A DNA stretch of 51,290 bases, from positions 1 to 51,290 of the forward strand of contig CACXVH010000002.1 in NCBI GenBank assembly GCA_902771095.1, given 5' to 3'. Of this stretch, positions 27,804 through 39,040 are shown piece by piece. The position numbers were made by a program, and so were the translations under genes. Below the pieces are notes generated by a model. That model was not told the DNA's origin. It searched no databases and was given only the letters and a program-made list of their open reading frames with translations. This DNA comes from an uncultured Pseudomonadota bacterium (GTDB taxonomy: Bacteria > Pseudomonadota > Alphaproteobacteria > Rs-D84). The first letter of the stretch is position 1; each line of letters starts with the position of its first letter.

Positions 27804-29261
27804 ATGAAAAAATTATTCAGCTTTATTATAATGTTAGTTTTATTGTTTTTCACAAAAGATACATGGTTTTCATATGATGGCAAAATTGTATTAAACACAT
27901 ATGTCTCTGAACACACTGAAATCACAGCAAATTATCGTAATGATACAACCAGCAAATTACTGACCGCAACAGGGACAGTAAATGACAAAGGACAAGTGCA
28001 TATTAAGCTCAAAGGAAAATCTATCTCTTATATAAAAATTGTCACCCCAGAAAATCTTGATATTACAAAAACCGTTTTTCTCGGAAAAGCAAGAAAAGAT
28101 ATCGTATTAAATGATAATAACGAATACTCTATACCACTCAAAAACCCTGGTATAATTCACTGGTGGTGTCTTATTATACTTGCAGGTCTAGGGTATTATA
28201 TTGGATGGTCTTTAACATACGTTTTAAAAAACGGAATCCCTTTGGATGATAAAAAATTACCAAAAATGTTAAACATCGAATTTTTACGTATTGTTTTTAC
28301 ATTGGGGGTTGTATGGCATCATTTTGCCGGAAAAATGAATATATGGAACAAAGGGGAACTTGGCGTAGAATTATTTTTTATTTTAAGTGGATTTTTATTG
28401 TTTTATACATTCAGACCTGATAAAACTGTCGGCAATTTTATTATGAACAAATGGATAAGATTTATGCCATTAACCCTATTGGGGGGCCTGCTAGTAATTT
28501 TATTTGTTGGGAATTTAGATATTACATTATTTATACGCGGGCTATTTTTTATCCCTAATAATGCAAAACTTACTATTATGCACAATGGTTCATCTTGGTA
28601 TTTAGTTGTATTATTTTGGTTGTCTTTATTATACTTCTATTTACTTAAATATTTTAAAAGAGAATCTGTCAATGTATTTGTTGCAATATCTTCAATTTTG
28701 GCCTCAGTATTTGTGTGCACAGATTCCAACATAATGAACGATATCATAAATGTTCGCCTAATGCGCGGTATCGCATGTATGGGTATAGGGTATTTCCTTG
28801 TGTATATTTATCAACAATTAAAAGGGAAAGAAATTATTCATCAATTTGCGTATAACACATTTGAAATCTGCGTCTTTTTATTTGCGATTACAAACATTTT
28901 TTATAAACCTTTATTCCAAGGCCGACTTTTTGCTTGTTTAACTTTTGCACTTGTTATTTTAATGTTTATTTTAAAAAAAGGTGTCATTTCAAAATTCTTT
29001 GAAAAACCTATTTTTGCCATAATGGCAAGATACAGTTTAGCCGTATATTTGACACATGGCGCTGTTATAAGAATGTATATGGAAAAACACAAAGAATTCT
29101 GTATGCAAAATTCAGAATTATGTATCCCGGCTATATTTATTTCTGCTATATTACTAGGCATCATAGCACATCATATGATTGAAATTCCAGCAACACGCAT
29201 ATTAACAAAATGTATCAACAACGATGAAACAAATAAAAAATCAACTATTATGGTGCCCTAA
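27804..29261 (+). CDS. Acyltransferase-3 (OafA-like) membrane protein with extra N-terminal domain
   Basis: IEFLR, HH, GVELFFILSGF, SWYL, SLAVYLTH, IEIP motifs; stop overlaps tRNA-Thr. Confidence 0.85.
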   Translation: MKKLFSFIIMLVLLFFTKDTWFSYDGKIVLNTYVSEHTEITANYRNDTTSKLLTATGTVNDKGQVHIKLKGKSISYIKIVTPENLDITKTVFLGKARKDIVLNDNNEYSIPLKNPGIIHWWCLIILAGLGYYIGWSLTYVLKNGIPLDDKKLPKMLNIEFLRIVFTLGVVWHHFAGKMNIWNKGELGVELFFILSGFLLFYTFRPDKTVGNFIMNKWIRFMPLTLLGGLLVILFVGNLDITLFIRGLFFIPNNAKLTIMHNGSSWYLVVLFWLSLLYFYLLKYFKRESVNVFVAISSILASVFVCTDSNIMNDIINVRLMRGIACMGIGYFLVYIYQQLKGKEIIHQFAYNTFEICVFLFAITNIFYKPLFQGRLFACLTFALVILMFILKKGVISKFFEKPIFAIMARYSLAVYLTHGAVIRMYMEKHKEFCMQNSELCIPAIFISAILLGIIAHHMIEIPATRILTKCINNDETNKKSTIMVP

Positions 29262-29324
29262 ACAAGAATCGGACTTGTGACTCGTCCTTACCAAGGACGT
29301 GTTTTACCACTAGACTATTAGGGC
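29251..29324 (-). tRNA. tRNA-Thr(GGT)
   Basis: GCCCTAA/TTAGGGC-ACCA, CGTCC-TTGGTAA-GGACG; T-loop TCCGATT. Confidence 0.93.
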
Positions 29325-29371
29325 AATTGCACTTATTATACCCACGCATCCGGAAAAATCAAATAAAAACA

Positions 29372-29399
29372 TTGCAAAGTCAAAAAACTCTGATATAAT
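29372..29399 (+). promoter_or_regulatory. Promoter for tRNA-Met
   Basis: TTGCAA-16-TATAAT. Confidence 0.65.
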
Positions 29400-29409
29400 G
29401 CGTCTCACT

Positions 29410-29484
29410 GGCGGCGTAGCTCAGTGGTAGAGCAGAGGAATCATAATCCTTTGGTCAGGGGTCCGAATCCCTTCGCCGCTACCA
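29410..29484 (+). tRNA. tRNA-Met(CAT), elongator type
   Basis: GGCGGCG/CGCCGCT-ACCA, GAGGA-ATCATAA-TCCTT; T-loop TCCGAAT. Confidence 0.92.
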
Positions 29485-29546
29485 AAATTCAAACCGGGCA
29501 TGACCCGGTTTTGATTTTGGTATAGTAGCGTTGGATGAGGACCCCA

Positions 29547-29643
29547 GGTCCGACAACAAGTAGATTACACAAGCAAAGCGTGGTGTAATCGTTACGGTTG
29601 CCGCGCAGGCATTTATGCCGAGCGAATCCCTTCGCCGCTACCA
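29547..29643 (+). repeat. T-loop-split tRNA-tail element, subtype 1, copy B
   Basis: GGTCCGA + core + CGAATCCCTTCGCCGCTACCA (exact tRNA-Met 3' end). Confidence 0.85.
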
Positions 29644-29704
29644 AAATAATAAATGACCCTCGTGGTCATTTTTTATTTTGATATCTGGGATTTGGACACC
29701 GGCA

Positions 29705-29808
29705 CAGGGGTCCGACCCGCAGCAAAAAGGCGGAATAATGCTGGTTTGCCGTCAGGCAAATTTTGCAAGGGAGTGAAGCGCAGCGAAACAATCCCTTCGC
29801 CGCTACCA
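29705..29808 (+). repeat. T-loop-split tRNA-tail element, subtype 2, copy C
   Basis: CAGGGGTCCGA + core + AATCCCTTCGCCGCTACCA. Confidence 0.85.
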
Positions 29809-29857
29809 CGAATTTTTCAATTTGTCTTATTCCTTGTTTTGTGATAGAATATAGCTT

Positions 29858-30433
29858 ATGAAAAAAATTCTATTGTTGCTAAGCATTTTTATTTTACCGT
29901 TACCAGTCATGGCTGACCCGTGTATTTTACCGGAAAAAAATCCTTTTATGGGAACATATCAGCAACAGGTTGCCTTTGGTATTGGTCAAGGTTTTGATAC
30001 CGGTATTTTATTACCACCACCGGTGCGCCCTGTTCCTTTTTACATCGCAACTTTTCAATATTCCCAACCAACGACCTTTTTCCGTGTTCCAGCGCGTCGT
30101 TCTTTGAATATATCTGAAACACTTGGTTTTTATCGCAAATATGGCTGGGAATGGCAAGATTATACGATTCCCATGATTTATTTTACCGAAGATATTGCAC
30201 TTTTTAGATACGACAGTGTTTATGCAGGTCTTGGTGCGGGTGCTGGATTACAGGCAAAACAAAACAAGCGCATTGGTTCTAAATTAATTTTCGAATTTAA
30301 ATTGACATTTGGGTATAACTTTAACGAACAATGGGCAATGGAATTTTTTATTCAACATTTCTCCAATGCCAATACCGCGGACGAAAATAATTCTTATGCA
30401 TTTTATGGTCTTGGGTTTACATACAATTATTAA
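29858..30433 (+). CDS. PagL-like lipid A 3-O-deacylase / acyloxyacyl hydrolase
   Basis: Signal peptide, beta-barrel pattern, HFSNA motif near the C-terminus. Confidence 0.7.
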   Translation: MKKILLLLSIFILPLPVMADPCILPEKNPFMGTYQQQVAFGIGQGFDTGILLPPPVRPVPFYIATFQYSQPTTFFRVPARRSLNISETLGFYRKYGWEWQDYTIPMIYFTEDIALFRYDSVYAGLGAGAGLQAKQNKRIGSKLIFEFKLTFGYNFNEQWAMEFFIQHFSNANTADENNSYAFYGLGFTYNY

Positions 30434-30436
30434 AAA

Positions 30437-31102
30437 TTACCATTCAATTGGCGACATCCCGTTCGCAATCAAATATTCATTAGCGCGTGAAAAATGATGG
30501 TTTCCAAAAAATCCACGATATGCAGAAAGTGGTGATGGATGCGCACTTTTTAAAATTAGATTTTCTTGTTCATTAACAAATTCTGCCTTCTTTTGCGCAA
30601 AAGAACCCCACAACATATAAACAACATGTTTACGATTTTGTGCTACTGTTTTTATAACAGAATCTGTAAATGTTTCCCAGCCCATACCACTATGCGAAGC
30701 CGCGACATGCGCCCGAACAGTCAAAGTTGAATTAAGCAATAAAACACCTTGACGCGCCCAAGATGATAAATCACCTTTTGTAATACTTTTGTGTCCAATA
30801 TCAGATTCTATTTCTTTATAAATATTTATCAGTGACGGTGGAAATTCTGTCCCGCTTTCCACAGAAAAACAAAGTCCGTGCGCCTGATGTGGTTCATGAT
30901 ACGGGTCTTGTCCAATAATCACAACTTTGACTTTATCCAGTGGACACAAATTAAATGCATTAAAAATATTTTTTGCCTCTGGATAAATTGTTTTTCCGGA
31001 CAAATATTCGTTGCGAACAAAATCGGTCAATTTTTTAAAATAATCTTTTTCAAATTCCGCGTTCAATGCATCTTTCCAAGATTGTTCAATTTTTACATCC
31101 AT
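30437..31102 (-). CDS. ung: Uracil-DNA glycosylase
   Basis: GQDPYH, PPSL.NI, GVLLLN, HPSPLS. Confidence 0.97.
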   Translation of the reverse strand: MDVKIEQSWKDALNAEFEKDYFKKLTDFVRNEYLSGKTIYPEAKNIFNAFNLCPLDKVKVVIIGQDPYHEPHQAHGLCFSVESGTEFPPSLINIYKEIESDIGHKSITKGDLSSWARQGVLLLNSTLTVRAHVAASHSGMGWETFTDSVIKTVAQNRKHVVYMLWGSFAQKKAEFVNEQENLILKSAHPSPLSAYRGFFGNHHFSRANEYLIANGMSPIEW

Positions 31103-31164
31103 TTTTTAATTCCTTTAACATATTTTACTAAATTGATTTATATATGACAAGAACGCAGTGTAAA

Positions 31165-31866
31165 TCAAGGGAGTGTATTGGACATACATGACTGCGATTT
31201 ACACAAGTTATTATCCATAGAAATCAATTTATTTTGACAAGCTTTCCATAAAACAACATCAATATAGCCAATCGGTAAATTTGTTTCTTGATGTAAATGT
31301 TCAAACATATCATCACAACATTTTTTAATATCTGTGTCTAAATTTCCATTGTCTATTTTTTGCGCTATACGGCTATTTCCGCCGTAAAGAACACCCAAGC
31401 GCTGAATCCATATATCATATTTAACAACATTTTCACCCAAATTTCGTGCCAGATGATTTGCAGTTATTTTTCCAATATGTGGTAATTTTTGAAGATAATT
31501 TAATTTATCGTATAAACATTTGCAATTATAAAAACCATCACAAAAATCTTTGCGACACTGCCAAATTTTATAAACAGCATTTATTTTATTTTTATTATTA
31601 AAAATTTTTAATAAATCTTCTATTGCCGGTTTTTTTGGCATTTTTTCCATAATTATGCTATGAATTTTTTTTGCTGTTTTTTGTGAAAAACCACTAGCCA
31701 AAATAACATAAATAACAGCACTAGCAAATTCATCTGGGTTTAGTTTTTTCGGTTGCGCAAGATTTTTCTTTATTTCATCAAATGACTTATCATCACTATC
31801 CAGCCCTAGATTTCGCAACTGCGATTCCAAATCAAAAAACCAATATGCAGAAAATATTTTATCCAT
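31165..31866 (-). CDS. Helix-hairpin-helix protein (DNA glycosylase-like fold)
   Basis: L.KLPHIGKITA.HLARNLG..V.K.D motif. Confidence 0.55.
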   Translation of the reverse strand: MDKIFSAYWFFDLESQLRNLGLDSDDKSFDEIKKNLAQPKKLNPDEFASAVIYVILASGFSQKTAKKIHSIIMEKMPKKPAIEDLLKIFNNKNKINAVYKIWQCRKDFCDGFYNCKCLYDKLNYLQKLPHIGKITANHLARNLGENVVKYDIWIQRLGVLYGGNSRIAQKIDNGNLDTDIKKCCDDMFEHLHQETNLPIGYIDVVLWKACQNKLISMDNNLCKSQSCMSNTLP

Positions 31867-32179
31867 TTCTTTTTTTAAAATTTGTTATCGCGGCATAAAA
31901 AACAGAATTATCATTTGATTTATCAGATGAAATCATCTCATTTTTTATTTTTTCACGTGCCTCATCCAATGCCTTATTCGATTCATCTATGTTTAACTGT
32001 TTTTTCAATTCATTATATCGCGCAATTTTTATTGGGTCATTTGTTGGGTTATGGTGATTATTCAAAACTTCGTATTCCAGTTTGGAAAATTCTTTCCACA
32101 ATGGGTCAGAATCAAGCAATTTTCTGGTTCTATTTTTAAAAACAACTTCGCCAGATTCATTTATTTTATAATCAGCCAT
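31859..32179 (-). CDS. Hypothetical protein
   Basis: 106 aa ORF with GGGGGAG RBS, in gyrB run. Confidence 0.7.
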   Translation of the reverse strand: MADYKINESGEVVFKNRTRKLLDSDPLWKEFSKLEYEVLNNHHNPTNDPIKIARYNELKKQLNIDESNKALDEAREKIKNEMISSDKSNDNSVFYAAITNFKKRNG

Positions 32180-32203
32180 AACTCCCCCTTTGGTTTTGGT
32201 TAA

Positions 32204-34603
<2,400 letters not shown>

Positions 34604-34697
34604 TTAAAAATCCTTTCTTTTTGCTGTTCAAACCATAGCAATTTATGGTATAATTATCAAGAGAAAATAAGAAAAAAACACAAAAAAAGGATAAAAA

Positions 34698-35012
34698 ATG
34701 AAAAGCACTTATCATCAGTATCTAACCAGGGAAGATGCCCAAAAATTAACATCTGCTGGAAGACCAGCAAAACAATCAACAAGTTATACCAAAGATGATT
34801 ATTTGACCCCTGGCCAAGTCGCGACAAAATTTGATATTTCCGTAGATGAAGCCAAAAATATAATGAAACAACTTAAATTCCGTAACGCATCGTTTGTATT
34901 AAACGGTCATAAAGCTCTGGCCATAGTTAACCTTGGCAAAAAAGGGAGTATGTATCTACACCCAATGGGAACAGAAATTTTTGAACAACAGTTGGCTAAA
35001 CAAAGGGGCTAG
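34698..35012 (+). CDS. Putative HTH DNA-binding protein
   Basis: YLTPGQVATKFDISVDEA HTH-like segment; AAGGA RBS. Confidence 0.55.
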   Translation: MKSTYHQYLTREDAQKLTSAGRPAKQSTSYTKDDYLTPGQVATKFDISVDEAKNIMKQLKFRNASFVLNGHKALAIVNLGKKGSMYLHPMGTEIFEQQLAKQRG

Positions 35013-35015
35013 ACC

Positions 35016-35585
35016 ATGAAATTCAAGTTATTGTATTATGGAGACATATTAACCAACCCGAAAAAACGGGCGCAACATATTGCCGATATTCGCATGCAAT
35101 TTCATCCGCAATTAAAGAAATTGATGGAATTTAAGCCATGGGACAACCTTAGCAAATTTATGATGCCAAATGCTAAAAAAAGCCCGATTACAACCCGTCA
35201 CATTGGCGGTATCGATTGGAATCCAATTATTACACCGAATTTAAAGATGATTGCAGAATTGGATATTTTGTTAATGCACCCAGAAATTGTTGGTGTTCCG
35301 CGTTCTGATATTGATAACCGTGTTAAAACGATTCTTGACGGACTTCGTTGTCCCCAAAACGAACACGAAATTGGACAAAATACACCGCGTGATATTGGAC
35401 CAATTTATACATTGTTGGACGACGACCATTTGGTTACTAAATTGACAGTTAACACCAGTCACTTGCTGTCGCCAAACGCATTTGTTGGACGCGGACAAAA
35501 ATCACCAGACGCGGTATTTATGTTGATTGATGTAAATGTCCGTGTAACCGAAGGGACTTTGGAAAACCTACCCTTTATGGTGTAA
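35016..35585 (+). CDS. RusA-like endonuclease-fold protein
   Basis: DIDNRVKTILDGL ... LDDDHLV..L.V, matching the RusA D-x-D-N..K..D / DD pattern. Confidence 0.5.
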   Translation: MKFKLLYYGDILTNPKKRAQHIADIRMQFHPQLKKLMEFKPWDNLSKFMMPNAKKSPITTRHIGGIDWNPIITPNLKMIAELDILLMHPEIVGVPRSDIDNRVKTILDGLRCPQNEHEIGQNTPRDIGPIYTLLDDDHLVTKLTVNTSHLLSPNAFVGRGQKSPDAVFMLIDVNVRVTEGTLENLPFMV

Positions 35586-35592
35586 AAAAAGT

Positions 35593-35627
35593 AAACAACA
35601 ACCGCCCAAAATGGGCGGTTTTGTTTT
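35593..35627. terminator. Bidirectional terminator
   Basis: AACCGCCCA-AAA-TGGGCGGTT flanked by A/T runs. Confidence 0.75.
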
Positions 35628-36696
35628 ACATCAACACAGATGTTATTTGTTCTTGCATTTGGAATGTTCCCATAACAACCCAACCAATTATAATGGATAC
35701 AAGAATAATACCGATACTATTCAAAACACTAGATATACTTTCCATTTTCCGAACGGACTCTTCCATATAATCATTTGCAATTTGATTTACATTTTTCGCA
35801 AAATCATTCATATCAGAATAAATTATTAAATCGCCGATAATTTCTTGGCTTGGGAAATCTTTACCCGTTGCCGCCAACGCATTACCCAAATTTTCACCAT
35901 TTGCAATATAATGTAATGCTTCTTCCAGAATATCAGACAAATAACGATTGGAATAATCTGCCAACAAACGCATCGCATCTGGCACAGATACCCCCGCAGA
36001 AACCATTGCTGATAATGACATCAACCAACTGACCGACAATTGTAATTTATATGTATTCCATGGTGGAAATTTATCAAATAATGTCCGCAATTTTCCAGTC
36101 CATACAGGCAACGAAACCCATACCAAGAAAAACAATATTACAAACCCACCAGCCAACACATGCCAATATTTCCCAGCCACTTCTGATACCCACACAAGTG
36201 ATGCTGCACTGCCACGCCAAACAACATCTGAACCAGCCGCCTCAGTCAAAGGTGGAACCAAATATAAACCAACCATAATAACTATGGCTATTGTTAAAAC
36301 AAACAAAAATAATGGGTATGCTATCGCAGACCACATAGCGCGCTTAATACGATTTATTCCGCCAACAATGCGCCCGATATTTTCCAAAGATATTAATAAA
36401 CTAGATACATTCCCAGATGTTAATAACAATGTTTCTTCACGCGGAACCCAATCATAAGTTGCCTGGGCAAAAGTCATTCCGCGTTCCAAGTTCTGTTGAA
36501 TATCACGCATCGCAATCGCAAAAGGTTCATTTGGTTTGCGCCCATTATCTGATTCAATCATTTCTATTCTATTAAGCGCGTCCATCAATGTAAAATTATT
36601 CCGCAAAAGCGATGCCACTTTGCGCGAAATCGCCATGCGCTTTTCAGTATCTGTTTTAAAAACTAATTTTGCATAAAGCAATTCTAATTTATTCAT
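35626..36696 (-). CDS. Type IV pilus / T2SS-F inner membrane platform protein (PilR/BfpE-like)
   Basis: Two T2SSF-like domains, A.YP, GV....A; probable start MNKLEL. Confidence 0.85.
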   Translation of the reverse strand: MNKLELLYAKLVFKTDTEKRMAISRKVASLLRNNFTLMDALNRIEMIESDNGRKPNEPFAIAMRDIQQNLERGMTFAQATYDWVPREETLLLTSGNVSSLLISLENIGRIVGGINRIKRAMWSAIAYPLFLFVLTIAIVIMVGLYLVPPLTEAAGSDVVWRGSAASLVWVSEVAGKYWHVLAGGFVILFFLVWVSLPVWTGKLRTLFDKFPPWNTYKLQLSVSWLMSLSAMVSAGVSVPDAMRLLADYSNRYLSDILEEALHYIANGENLGNALAATGKDFPSQEIIGDLIIYSDMNDFAKNVNQIANDYMEESVRKMESISSVLNSIGIILVSIIIGWVVMGTFQMQEQITSVLM

Positions 36697-36700
36697 AATT

Positions 36701-38326
36701 TTAATACACCCATGGTCTATCCAACATACCAACCCAACGTTCCAGTTCATCCACACCAATAATTCCACGCAACATTAATTCTATGGCGGCTTCTTTCAAT
36801 GTGCGACCGTTCATTTTTTCAAGCCAATATTTTAATGCTGCCTCTGTTTCGCCACTTAATGCCAAATTTAGAAATTCACTGTTCGTCATAATAATTTCAC
36901 CGGCCTTGATACGACCGATAGTTCCAGTTCCATTACAATATTCACACCCAACACCACGAACATAAACCTGGTTCAATCCCAATTCACCAAATGCGTCTTT
37001 GACACGATTGTATGCAGTATGTTCATGTTTATCAGATAATTTTTCACGACAATGCGGGCATAACTTTTTAAACAAACGCATAGACACAAGACCGCGTATC
37101 ATCGTTTCATCTTTTAATTTAAATGCCTCTACACCCATATCCAGTAAACGCATCAATGCACCCATCGCAGAATTAGCATGCAAAGTGGTCCAAACATTAT
37201 GTCCAGAAAGCGCCCCTTTGACCGTCAATTGTGCCGCAGATAATGTTCTTATTTCGCCAACCATCAATGTATCAGGGTCACTTCGAAGTGCCGCAGCCAA
37301 TGCTTCTGTAAATTTTTCTTCCCTTTGTTCTTCGTTAATCGCGTTAACCACAGGCATTTGGTGGGCGCCGAAAATTTTTTGTTCTGCCGGATCTTCCACA
37401 GTAATAAGATTTATTTCATATCTTCTTTCCTTTAACATCAATGCCATATTGTGAACCAAAGTCGTTGATTTACCAGATGAAGTAGGACCTGCCACAATTA
37501 CTAACCCAGTTGGTGCAGAACGCAAACGCATTAATAATTTTCGTTCATACTCATTAAATTCTTGTTCTAATTTAACACCTTGGCTTGGGTTATCATAAAG
37601 AAGACGCATAACAACATATTGTGAACCAAACGCAATAGGGTTAAACTGCATTCTTATACCCAAAACACCCGCAGGTAAATATAAATCTTTGGTTCCGCGT
37701 AATGGTGTACGCCCGTCTTTTTGTGCGGTCTGATATTCATTTTGCGCATAACTAGAATTAGAAATATCAGCCGAAGCAAAAGCCGCCCTAACAAAAGATT
37801 CACCCCATTGTGAATTATATTCCAACACTGGTTGCATACTGCCATCGATACGAAAATAAATTGTTGTTTGATCTGCAACTTCAATATGAACATCAGAAAC
37901 TTTTTGTGCAGCAGCACGCGCGATTATATCAACAAAATCTTTCTGCATCTGGTTGTCATAATCTGTACGCGAACGCGAACTGCCACCCAATCTTTCATTA
38001 TTAGTTTTATATATATTGGAAAGCAAACCTAAATCAGAATAAAACGGCTCTTTAACAACCAGATTTTTTTGTTGTAGCAAATCAAGAAAAGCCAACACGC
38101 GCCCATCATATTGGTGTGTCCGCGATATAACAAGTTCACCACCAGAAAAATATGCAATTAAATTTTGTGTGTCTTTTGGTAAAGCCAATTCGCCAGAATA
38201 CGCCGTCAACAGTCGGTTATTATTCGCAAACAAATAATCTAGTATTTCCTTACTGTTTGCTTTCTCTAAACCAACTGGTACAGATAAGTTTTTATTACTA
38301 GAAAAATTGTTATCTGTATTTGGCAT
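36701..38326 (-). CDS. Type IV pilus assembly ATPase (PilQ/BfpD/GspE family)
   Basis: SDVHI, GPTSSGKST, TVEDP.E, LRSDPD..MVGEIR, GH.V.TTLH, CPHC/CEYC. Confidence 0.9.
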   Translation of the reverse strand: MPNTDNNFSSNKNLSVPVGLEKANSKEILDYLFANNNRLLTAYSGELALPKDTQNLIAYFSGGELVISRTHQYDGRVLAFLDLLQQKNLVVKEPFYSDLGLLSNIYKTNNERLGGSSRSRTDYDNQMQKDFVDIIARAAAQKVSDVHIEVADQTTIYFRIDGSMQPVLEYNSQWGESFVRAAFASADISNSSYAQNEYQTAQKDGRTPLRGTKDLYLPAGVLGIRMQFNPIAFGSQYVVMRLLYDNPSQGVKLEQEFNEYERKLLMRLRSAPTGLVIVAGPTSSGKSTTLVHNMALMLKERRYEINLITVEDPAEQKIFGAHQMPVVNAINEEQREEKFTEALAAALRSDPDTLMVGEIRTLSAAQLTVKGALSGHNVWTTLHANSAMGALMRLLDMGVEAFKLKDETMIRGLVSMRLFKKLCPHCREKLSDKHEHTAYNRVKDAFGELGLNQVYVRGVGCEYCNGTGTIGRIKAGEIIMTNSEFLNLALSGETEAALKYWLEKMNGRTLKEAAIELMLRGIIGVDELERWVGMLDRPWVY

Positions 38327-38331
38327 AATCT

Positions 38332-39030
38332 TTATTTTCCGATATTTAAACTTTCTTCTACACCGTCTTTTTCAAAAACGATGCCATCATTCAAGGATAT
38401 AGATTTTACAACATATCCATCTAAATCTTTACCCACAGCAATACGTTTATTTTGCCCCGTAGATACTTCTTGAACTGTGGCCTGTAATTGATTATCGATA
38501 CCAACAATATTTATCAATTTGTATCTTCTGCTGAAACTACCTTCTTCTTTTTTCGGGGTTGATTTTTTTACCACAACTTCATCTATTTCTTCGTCCAGTG
38601 CATATCTTTGCTGTTTTAACTTTTCTGTCTGGATTTCCAATTGGGTCTTCGCAGTTTCTAATTCATGTTGTTGTTGTTCTGCGCGCCCAGACAAAGTATC
38701 AAGTTCCATTTGTAATTTAATTCTTTCTGCATTCAATCTGTCCAAATCTAAATCTAATTGTGCGCGTTCTTTTTCAAGTTGTGCAACAACTTTTTCTTGT
38801 TCCAGCATTGTAATTTTTTCAAATAACGAACCTGTCATATCATAATCTTGTAATGCCTGGATAGACATTTCATCTGCAATTTCTGCATTTTGAGCGACAT
38901 TATCTGCATCATCATATTCTATGAAATCATCCATATAAACTTCTTCGGACCAACCAGCAGAAATATGCAACCCCAAAGCTATCATAACTGCAAACACTAT
39001 AAGATTTATTTTTTTAAACATGTTTCCCAC
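38332..39030 (-). CDS. PilP-like type IVb pilus accessory protein
   Basis: Signal, coiled coil, C-terminal I.G....L.A....G...V..IS...V beta domain; position in operon. Confidence 0.55.
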   Translation of the reverse strand: MGNMFKKINLIVFAVMIALGLHISAGWSEEVYMDDFIEYDDADNVAQNAEIADEMSIQALQDYDMTGSLFEKITMLEQEKVVAQLEKERAQLDLDLDRLNAERIKLQMELDTLSGRAEQQQHELETAKTQLEIQTEKLKQQRYALDEEIDEVVVKKSTPKKEEGSFSRRYKLINIVGIDNQLQATVQEVSTGQNKRIAVGKDLDGYVVKSISLNDGIVFEKDGVEESLNIGK

Positions 39031-39040
39031 CTTTTATTTA

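Larger units (their letters stand above)
27328..29258. mobile_element. Putative islet at tRNA-Thr 3' end, no integrase
   Basis: TGGTGCCC direct repeat at 27328-27335 and 29251-29258. Confidence 0.5.

Noticed and set aside
29460-29810. CRISPR array from the three AATCCCTTCGCCGCTACCA repeats
   Set aside because: Repeat is the tRNA-Met 3' end, spacing is ~160 bp, and no cas genes are present
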